Shown here: one piece after another, positions 30,835 to 38,655 of the stretch
Numbering within the stretch: position 1 is the first letter of the stretch
How the letters are laid out: each line of letters opens with the position of its first letter
From: an uncultured Gammaproteobacteria bacterium
GTDB lineage: Bacteria > Pseudomonadota > Gammaproteobacteria > Xanthomonadales > Xanthomonadaceae
Direction: 5' to 3'
DNA length: 64,000 nucleotides
Assembly: GCA_963783035.1 (NCBI GenBank)
Contig: CAWAMC010000001.1
Span: 133,410 to 197,409 of the forward strand
Position numbers and translations under genes: made by a program
Notes under the pieces: generated by a model
What the model was told of the DNA's origin: nothing
Seen by the model: only the letters and a program-made list of their open reading frames with translations
Databases searched by the model: none

Positions 30835-33021
30835 ATGTTGCAGCTAGACAATGTCCGCCAAATGCACGGCTATACCGTCCATGGCGATCACGCCAGCGAC
30901 CACACCTTCTATATCTATCCGGAGGAGCCGACTTTCAAGCGGATGGAAAATGGCGGCTTGGCGATGCGCTTCGTCGAATACGGGCAACTTCGCGAAGACG
31001 GCGGCAAAAAATTCGGCGGCTTCATCGCATTCGACGCCGAGCTCTCGGTGCCGGAGGCCGTGCAGAAGAAAATCACCACGGACCTGCAAAAAGATGTCGA
31101 CAAAAAATACAAGGATGCCGGGAAAACTCCACCCAAGGTAGTGATTTCCCCGGTCAGTTGGACCGACGGCACGGTCGAACTGCTAATGACGCAGGGTGGT
31201 GCGTTGATCGAGACCATCCGCGGCGCCGGCGCACCGTCGTTGTACGGCAAGAACATCGCTTCGTTCATGATGGAACTCTCTGAACTCGGCACCGCGATCT
31301 TCAAAGAGACCTTGAGCAAGGGTACCGCATCGGGGGTGCAGGTCGTGTACAAGCTCAATCACTACGTCCGGCTACCGGAGATGACCGCTTGGGGCACCTG
31401 GAACGCGTCTGAGTTCTACAGTTTTTTCCAGGACATCAATACCGAAGACAATTTCTGGTGCGAAGACAGCTACACCGAAGTGGTCAGTTCGAGCCGCTAC
31501 AAGAACGACGTCACCAAGACCCATTTCGAGTTCGTGCAGACACCGAACCTGAAACCTGAGGAAAATGCGAAGCTCGAAGCCGATATCCGCGCGATCATCA
31601 ACAAGCAATTGGAAGCGGCAGTGCAGCGCAATTTGCTGAAGGAGATCGCTGAAGTCGACCCGAATACGAAAGAACTTCAGGAAGGGCAGGACATCGAAGA
31701 CATCAAGCGCACGGTCAATAAGAGTCAGATCGCGAACGTGCGCGTGGAATGGAGCGAAGCCAAAACGGTGATTCTCAACAAGAATCCGCAAGGCATGTTG
31801 CCGACGGTGACGTCGATCAAGGGCGCCGACAACAAGCCGCTCAAGTGGGAAGACTATTACAGCAAGATCAGCGTGGACGAGTTCCTCAAGACCTTGCAGG
31901 TCAATATGCGGGTCAATGCGGATTTCGCTAATCTTCCGATCGATAGCGTCGAAGTCAAGATCAGTTACCCGCATGGTCCGAACGCTAAAACCAAAGAGTT
32001 CACGTTCACCAAGCCGGACGATGTCGCGAAGTTCGAGGCCTTCGTCCACAACAGCATCCGCAAATTCAAGTATTCGTACACCGTCAATTACAAGGGCAGC
32101 AACTTCGTCTATCAGTCGGAGCCGGTCGAGACCGACGATACCAATCTGACGATCAATGTCGACGATCTGGGTATCCTCGCGCTGGACATCGCGCCGGGCG
32201 ATATCAATTTCGGCCAAGTCGATCGCGCCCAGATCACCTTGCGTTATGCCGGCGGCGACCGTCCGTTCGAAGCCAAGTTCAACATGACGAAGGATTCCAA
32301 TACCTTCAAGGTCCGGCAGATCGTCAAAAAGCCCGTGACCGGCCCGGTCGAGTATCAGATCGTCTATCAACTCGCCGATGGCCGCGAAATCAAAGGGCCT
32401 AAGCGCGAACAGCACGCCAAAGAACTGTATATCGACGACCCCTTCAGCGCGATCAAGACGATCGGGTTCCGCGCGACCGGCGATCTCGAGAACGAAATCA
32501 ACTCGATCACCGTCGAGTGCACGTACGTCGATGCCGGCAACAACTATCGGCAGAAAACCACCAAGAATCTGTCCGCGGACAACCCGGCTGAGGACTGGTC
32601 GTTCCCGGTCATCGATGATGCGATAGGGGATGTCTCCTACAACGCCACCATCATGTTCAAGGACGGCACGATGAAGGAACTGCCGGAAGCACCGGCCAAA
32701 CGTTCCACCATCACCATCGGCAGCGGTACGGTCGACTTCCTCGAAATCAGCGTGGTGCCGGATCTCATCGACTGGGACAAAGTCAAGCTGGTCAATGTCG
32801 CGTTGAAATACGAAGACAGCGCCAACGGCGTCAAAGAGCGCACCGATCTTCGCTTCAAGTCCGGCGACGCGGAAAAGAGTTGGAAGGTCGCGCTGAAAGA
32901 CCAAGCCAAGACCGAATACGAAGCCACGATCACTTATTTCATGATCGATGGCGGGCGCAAGGTCGTGGTCGGCCCGAGCAAGCAGTCGGATCTGTCCGTA
33001 TTCCTCGAAGTTCCGGCCTGA
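30835..33021 (+). CDS. Uncharacterised cluster protein D (core + 4 beta-sandwich repeats)
   Basis: AAAGGAG RBS. MLQLD..GDH..FYIYP..GGFIAFD..WTDGTV..PSLYGKNIASF..NPQG. Confidence 0.85.
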   Translation: MLQLDNVRQMHGYTVHGDHASDHTFYIYPEEPTFKRMENGGLAMRFVEYGQLREDGGKKFGGFIAFDAELSVPEAVQKKITTDLQKDVDKKYKDAGKTPPKVVISPVSWTDGTVELLMTQGGALIETIRGAGAPSLYGKNIASFMMELSELGTAIFKETLSKGTASGVQVVYKLNHYVRLPEMTAWGTWNASEFYSFFQDINTEDNFWCEDSYTEVVSSSRYKNDVTKTHFEFVQTPNLKPEENAKLEADIRAIINKQLEAAVQRNLLKEIAEVDPNTKELQEGQDIEDIKRTVNKSQIANVRVEWSEAKTVILNKNPQGMLPTVTSIKGADNKPLKWEDYYSKISVDEFLKTLQVNMRVNADFANLPIDSVEVKISYPHGPNAKTKEFTFTKPDDVAKFEAFVHNSIRKFKYSYTVNYKGSNFVYQSEPVETDDTNLTINVDDLGILALDIAPGDINFGQVDRAQITLRYAGGDRPFEAKFNMTKDSNTFKVRQIVKKPVTGPVEYQIVYQLADGREIKGPKREQHAKELYIDDPFSAIKTIGFRATGDLENEINSITVECTYVDAGNNYRQKTTKNLSADNPAEDWSFPVIDDAIGDVSYNATIMFKDGTMKELPEAPAKRSTITIGSGTVDFLEISVVPDLIDWDKVKLVNVALKYEDSANGVKERTDLRFKSGDAEKSWKVALKDQAKTEYEATITYFMIDGGRKVVVGPSKQSDLSVFLEVPA

Positions 33022-33034
33022 AAGGAGAGCCGTC

Positions 33035-35314
33035 ATGCTGTTACTCGATAGCCGCTCGCGCGAAATTAACGGCATCTCGGTCTTTCCGGACCATGCCGAC
33101 CCGGAGCAGTGGTACTACATGCCCACATCGCCGCATTTGAGTACCGTCCGCGACTCGGCGCTCGGAATCGATGTGCCGCAATTCCTGCTGATCGGCTATC
33201 GCGGCGACGCCGGCACCGGCGGCTTCCTGAATTTCGACTGCAACGTCGGCGCGACGCAAAAACAATTGGACGATCTCTCGCGCGAGATCGCCAACTCGGA
33301 AAACTTACGTAATGCACCGCGAATAGCACCGATCCCGTTGGAGGACGGCACGGTGCGTCTGATGATGCTGGGTAAGGCGAGCGGCGATCTGGGCACCGTC
33401 GCGGCCGGCGGCCAGAATTTCGTACTCAAGATCGATCACAACGCTAAACCGGCGTTGTACGGCAGCAATCAGGCGGCGTTTTCGGTCAAGCTCGACCAAG
33501 ATGGTTTCACCGTGATGCAGCAATGCCTCGACGGCGAAATTCTGCCGGTCGCGGTGATTTACTCGCTGGATTTCCTCGGCCTGCGCCCCGCCTACAAGAT
33601 CAATCTGAAAGTCGATTGGGACCGGGTGCAGAAGCATATGGACGAGTCGTTCTCGGCCGGTTTCATGTTCGTCTCCACCGAAATCGGCAAGGCGGTGGAC
33701 GAACTGGTCGACAAGCGTGCGATCGTGCTTGAGTCCGACACGTTCGTCGCCGAAAGCGACGATACCAAGGGCATCATCGACCGCCGCGACGCGGCGCTTG
33801 CGCAAGTACGCAACATGATCACCGAGGCTTTCTTCAATGTCAGCCTGCCGCCGTGGACGCCCGAAAAGAAGTCGGATTGGGAACGCGGTTTGGAGGCTGT
33901 GGGTAAATTCGCCGCGCAACAGTCGGCCGCAGCCGCAGGCGGGCCGGCAGCGAGCCTGATGCCGAGCTTCAGTTACAAGCGCATGGACTACAAGCGCATG
34001 GACAAGAAGCAGCTCAACGTCAATTTCTCGGAACGGGTCGCGGTCAAAAAATCGATCCATCCGCAGGGTCATTTGGCCGCGCTGTTCAAGACCATCCGCG
34101 ACGGCAATATGCCGATCGACCGCTTCGTCAAGCAAGTCAGTCTCGACAACGATTGGTTCAAGAAACGCAAAGTCAAGGTCGTCGCTCGCAGCGATATGGC
34201 TGCCGACGACATCGGCAGCATCAATGTCCGCGCCCGTTACGGCGACAAGCCGCAGAACGCGTTGTTGACGCCGACCGCGGCGGAGGCCAGCTTCGAATGG
34301 CTCAGCAAGATCGAGCAAGGCAACATGAAGCGCGACGTGGAAGTGGAATACGAAGTCACGTTCAAGGCCGTCGACACCGCCGAACGGCCCAGCAAGCTCA
34401 AATCGAAGCCCAAGATTTACGACATCGACAATATCGAAGTCGTACCGCGCGATTTGTACGCGCTGACCACCATTCCGGTATTGGCCGAAAATTTTCCGTG
34501 GGACCGCTACACCTCGGTCGAAGTGCATCTGCGTTACATCGACGCGGCCAACAAGATCGCGCAGCGCGACATGATACGCCTGACCAAGGAAGCGCCCGCC
34601 GCGAACTGGAAAATGTTCGTGCTCGACCCGGCCAACTCCGCGTACGAGGTGAGGAAGATATTCCGTGCGGCCGATAACCGCGATATCGAACACGCATGGA
34701 CATCGATCGACGAAACACAGGTCACGATTCGCAACCCGTTCCCCACGCGGCGCATCGTCCAAGTGGTGCCGAGCGTGGATTGGAGCCAAGTCAAAGAAGC
34801 GTTCGTGGACTTTCGCTATGAGGATGCAGCCAACAGCGTTCTCGCCGAACAGTCGATGACCTTCACCGAGGGCGCGTCGTCGCAAACGTTCGCTGTCGAT
34901 CTGCGCAACCCCGCGCTCAAATCCGTCTTCTACCGCGTTAGCTTCCAATACAAGGACGGCCGTTTCGTCGAACAACCGGAATCGATGACGAACGCGAACC
35001 GCATCGCGCTGAAAGCGGAAGCCAACGGCCATCGCATCGTTACCGTACGCGCCCCGGTCGATTTCGATCGCCGGAAATTGCGTAAAGCCACGATCAAGAT
35101 GCGCTTCGAGGATTTCGCCGCAGGCATCGCCGCCGAAGACGAATTCGTCTTCGATAACGGCAAGAGCACAGCCGAGTTCGAGTACGACTATGTCGACCCA
35201 AGCCGGATGCGCTACGAGTACAAGGCCAGTTTCGTATTCGAGAACGGGCTGACCAAGACCTCGCAATGGACCGCTTCGGCGGCGACCGATCTCACCCTGA
35301 AAATCCCGGGATAA
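33035..35314 (+). CDS. Uncharacterised cluster protein E (core + 4 repeats)
   Basis: AAAGGAG RBS before ATG 33035. MLLLD..FPDHADPEQWYYMP..GGFLNFD..LEDGTV..PALYGSNQAAFS..HPQG. Confidence 0.85.
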   Translation: MLLLDSRSREINGISVFPDHADPEQWYYMPTSPHLSTVRDSALGIDVPQFLLIGYRGDAGTGGFLNFDCNVGATQKQLDDLSREIANSENLRNAPRIAPIPLEDGTVRLMMLGKASGDLGTVAAGGQNFVLKIDHNAKPALYGSNQAAFSVKLDQDGFTVMQQCLDGEILPVAVIYSLDFLGLRPAYKINLKVDWDRVQKHMDESFSAGFMFVSTEIGKAVDELVDKRAIVLESDTFVAESDDTKGIIDRRDAALAQVRNMITEAFFNVSLPPWTPEKKSDWERGLEAVGKFAAQQSAAAAGGPAASLMPSFSYKRMDYKRMDKKQLNVNFSERVAVKKSIHPQGHLAALFKTIRDGNMPIDRFVKQVSLDNDWFKKRKVKVVARSDMAADDIGSINVRARYGDKPQNALLTPTAAEASFEWLSKIEQGNMKRDVEVEYEVTFKAVDTAERPSKLKSKPKIYDIDNIEVVPRDLYALTTIPVLAENFPWDRYTSVEVHLRYIDAANKIAQRDMIRLTKEAPAANWKMFVLDPANSAYEVRKIFRAADNRDIEHAWTSIDETQVTIRNPFPTRRIVQVVPSVDWSQVKEAFVDFRYEDAANSVLAEQSMTFTEGASSQTFAVDLRNPALKSVFYRVSFQYKDGRFVEQPESMTNANRIALKAEANGHRIVTVRAPVDFDRRKLRKATIKMRFEDFAAGIAAEDEFVFDNGKSTAEFEYDYVDPSRMRYEYKASFVFENGLTKTSQWTASAATDLTLKIPG

Positions 35315-35327
35315 GGAGTCTTTCTCC

Positions 35328-37571
35328 ATGTTGCAGCTCGATGCCCGCACTCTCACGATCGAAGGCGTGACTATTTTTCGAGATCACGCCGATCCTACGC
35401 AATTCTGGTATCTGCCCGGTCCGGTCGCTCTCGCGCGACGCGAATCCGATCAGCGGTCGAAGTTCACCTATCTCAAATATAAAAATCGCCCGGGTGCGAC
35501 TCGCCGCGGCGGCGGGTTCTTGATGATCGAAGTCAATCTGAAGCTCGACGCCGATGCCGAGCGTCGAGTTCTAGAACGACTGGCTTCGATTAGCCGCGGG
35601 CGTCCGAAATTGACGCCCGTGCCGTTCGACGACGGAACCGTCGCCTGCGTCGCATTGAACCTGCAGGGCGCCGGCGGAACGCGCGCGAACCCAGGGCCGG
35701 AAGGTTCGTTCAGTGCGGTCGAAACCATTCTCGGCGCCAGCAAACCTTCGCTTGCGGGCGAGAACACGGCGGTCTTCAGCCTCGAATTGTCGGCAGAAGG
35801 CGCGACGATTCTGGAAAAAGCGTTCAAGGACGGCACCACGCCGATCGGTGTGATCTACGACTTGAAATACACCGGCCTACGGCCTGCGTTCAACGTCAAG
35901 ATCACCGCGAATTTCAATCAAGTATTCACCCATTTCAGCACCTCGGCGGATGGCCAGCGCGGCTTTACTCGCGCCGGCATTGATGTCGGCTTCGAGAGTT
36001 TGGTCCGCAACGGCGCGATCAAGATCGAGGTCGCCGACATGACCGGCACCGCCGAGAACGAAACGCGCATCAAAGACGCGTTGGATTTCTTCAAGGCGCA
36101 AGTGTTGAACACATGGTTCACGCCTGCGATGACGCCGGGGACGCTCGCCGCGACCGCAGCGAGCGCGACTTCGCTCGATCAAGTGCGCGCGCTCGGTGTG
36201 CAATTGCGTCCGCCGCAACCGCCGGCCCCGCCGCGTCCAAGCGATACACCTGCAGCGGCAGAGCCTGTCGATCATGGGCCGAGCCCCACCGCAGGCAGTG
36301 GCCATGGCGATGCCGAAACCGGTTTGCCAGCGGGCCCGACCGAAGGCGCTGCCGATGCCAGTCCGACAGAAGGCTCAGGTCAGCCCGCAGTCGCAGGGCC
36401 CGCGCCCGCGAGCGGTGCGGTTGGCGTCGCCGCGAGCCGCGAACGCGGTGCGCCGGTGCAATCGGTGGCCGATCGCGCGAACGGCGACGCTGCGCACGCA
36501 GACGATACGGTGGCATCGTTCCGATTGAGGACCATCCGTCAGGAAGAACGCCGCACCGCGACGTTCGAATACAACCGCTCCGAGGCGCAGCAACGCACCT
36601 ATGCGCCGCAAGGCTTCATCGGCTTGCTCGCGCGCGATCTGAACCGGCCGCCGTATTTCGTCGAGATCGATCTCGACGACCCGTTCTTCCGCACGTTCAA
36701 GATCGAAGCCAAGACGCCGTTCGACTACGAGAGCATCGGGCTGAAAGAAGCGCATCTGCAGATCGACTACGGCCCGATCAACGATCCGACCAATCATCGT
36801 CGCCAGGACTTCGTGTTCGGCGCTGAAGATCGCGGCCCCAAGGATGTCGAATTCGCGGTCAACTTGCGCAAAGACCGAACCTATAGCTATCAAGCGCAGT
36901 TCCACTTCGACCCGGCCAGCGGCTGGGACGGCGAAAAATTCTCATACGATCAGCCGCGCGTGCCGGCGACCGACGACCGCACCTTAATCATCAACCCGAT
37001 GGATGCGCTCAGCTTCATGTCGCTGCGCATCGAGCCGGGTCGGATCGATCCTGGCATCGTGGATTCGATCGAAGTCGAATTGGAATACCGCGATCCGGCC
37101 GGTTGGCAGCGCGAAAAGACCATTCGCATCGATCCCGATGCGCCTGCGACGGCCGAATGGAAACTTCGGGTATCGCGTAATTCGACCCGCAGTTATACCT
37201 ACAAAGTGACGCATCGCCTCAAGGACGGATCGGTCCGCGCCCTCGCGCCGGTGACGACCAAGGCGACATCGATCGTGATCGACGACCCGTTCCCCGGTTC
37301 GATCGACGTGACGATCTTCCCGACGCTCGACTTCGGCAGTTTGCGCGCAGCGATGCTCGATGTGCGTTACGAAGATCCCGCGAACCGCTATATGCGCCAA
37401 GAGCGGATCCGTCTCACCGCGGAGACCACCGAAGCCACGGTGAGATTCTCCACGCCCAATCCAACGCTCAAGCGTTATCGCCATCAGCTGACGTTGGTCC
37501 ACGCCGACGGCCGCACCGAACGCCAGCCGGCGATCGATACCGAAGACGACATCATCAGCATCGTCGCTTGA
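35328..37571 (+). CDS. Uncharacterised cluster protein F (core with Pro/Ala-rich insert + 3 repeats)
   Basis: TAAGGAG RBS. MLQLD..FRDHADPTQFWYLPGPV..GGGFL..FDDGTV..YAPQG..EIDLDDPFFR. Confidence 0.85.
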   Translation: MLQLDARTLTIEGVTIFRDHADPTQFWYLPGPVALARRESDQRSKFTYLKYKNRPGATRRGGGFLMIEVNLKLDADAERRVLERLASISRGRPKLTPVPFDDGTVACVALNLQGAGGTRANPGPEGSFSAVETILGASKPSLAGENTAVFSLELSAEGATILEKAFKDGTTPIGVIYDLKYTGLRPAFNVKITANFNQVFTHFSTSADGQRGFTRAGIDVGFESLVRNGAIKIEVADMTGTAENETRIKDALDFFKAQVLNTWFTPAMTPGTLAATAASATSLDQVRALGVQLRPPQPPAPPRPSDTPAAAEPVDHGPSPTAGSGHGDAETGLPAGPTEGAADASPTEGSGQPAVAGPAPASGAVGVAASRERGAPVQSVADRANGDAAHADDTVASFRLRTIRQEERRTATFEYNRSEAQQRTYAPQGFIGLLARDLNRPPYFVEIDLDDPFFRTFKIEAKTPFDYESIGLKEAHLQIDYGPINDPTNHRRQDFVFGAEDRGPKDVEFAVNLRKDRTYSYQAQFHFDPASGWDGEKFSYDQPRVPATDDRTLIINPMDALSFMSLRIEPGRIDPGIVDSIEVELEYRDPAGWQREKTIRIDPDAPATAEWKLRVSRNSTRSYTYKVTHRLKDGSVRALAPVTTKATSIVIDDPFPGSIDVTIFPTLDFGSLRAAMLDVRYEDPANRYMRQERIRLTAETTEATVRFSTPNPTLKRYRHQLTLVHADGRTERQPAIDTEDDIISIVA

Positions 37572-37636
37572 TCGCGACGGCATGACTCTTTCCCATCGAC
37601 TCAATTCCGACGTCAACCAATTCCTAGGAGCATCCC

Positions 37637-38539
37637 ATGACCAAGCGTGCTGTCATCGTCGGTGTCAACGACTATTCCGTGCAGGGTTACAACGATCTGC
37701 GCTTCTGCATCGCTGACGCCGCATCGATCTACCACATGCTGCGCGACGCCTTCGGCTTCGATCCGCAGGACATGTTCTATCTCGTCGACAGTGCGGCGAC
37801 GTCATCGCGTATCCGTCAGGCACTGCGTTATTGTCTGACGCAATCGCAGCCAGGGGATGTCGTGTGCTTCTACTACTCTGGGCATGGCGGCCGCACTGCG
37901 AACCCCGCAGATGCGACCCAGATGTTCGAGACCATCATTCCGTATTCCGGGCAGCACATCAGCGACCACGAAATCTATGCCCTCGCCGACACGCTCGAAC
38001 AGTCGGTCGTGAATTTCACCATGATTCTCGACAGTTGCCATGCCGGCGGCATGCACGACGAGAGCGAACGCGCACGCCGCGCGCGTTCTCCGCAATTCTC
38101 GGCCGACCTGATTCGGCAATTGACCCAGTGCCGCACCCTGTTCCCTTGCGGTATCTGTTTAGCGCCGGCCAATCGCTCATCGTTGACCGGCAATATCCGC
38201 AACGTCTCCGCCCGCAATTCCGGTGTGGTCGTCGAAGAAGACTCCAATCGTCGTTTGGTGCAGTTGGCGAAATCGACCTTGATCGCGGGCAGCAGCGCTG
38301 CCGAAACTTCGCAAGAGCACGAAGCCGTCGGCCATGGGTTGTTGACCAAGGCGTTCTTGGAAATCGTCAACTCCAGTAATTTCACGATCGAGCACCACGG
38401 CTTGATCGACGATCTGGACCGTCGTGTCAGGGCACTGATGAATGCTCATTTCCCGGGCGAATCGCAAACGCCGCAGTTGCGTGGGCAGGCCAACCGCATG
38501 GAAGAAGACTTCCTCATGGGTTGGCGCGACTGCCGTTGA
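37637..38539 (+). CDS. Stand-alone caspase-like (C14, metacaspase-type) cysteine protease
   Basis: KRAVIVGVNDY, LRFCIADA, FYYSGHG (catalytic His), ILDSCHAG (catalytic Cys), HGLLT and QTPQL motifs. Confidence 0.92.
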   Translation: MTKRAVIVGVNDYSVQGYNDLRFCIADAASIYHMLRDAFGFDPQDMFYLVDSAATSSRIRQALRYCLTQSQPGDVVCFYYSGHGGRTANPADATQMFETIIPYSGQHISDHEIYALADTLEQSVVNFTMILDSCHAGGMHDESERARRARSPQFSADLIRQLTQCRTLFPCGICLAPANRSSLTGNIRNVSARNSGVVVEEDSNRRLVQLAKSTLIAGSSAAETSQEHEAVGHGLLTKAFLEIVNSSNFTIEHHGLIDDLDRRVRALMNAHFPGESQTPQLRGQANRMEEDFLMGWRDCR

Positions 38540-38655
38540 GCGCATCGGAAAGATCCGTTGCCGGATTTCCAACCGATGACGTTGTTATCTATATCGATGT
38601 TATTCGTATCAGCGCATGGCGCTGTCGGCGCCCGTGAGACACAAAGGAATACGCT

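Noticed and set aside
31372-35356. Long antisense ORFs (567 aa and 683 aa) opposite cluster genes D and E
   Set aside because: Typical high-GC shadow frames of strongly biased coding strands; no recognisable motifs.
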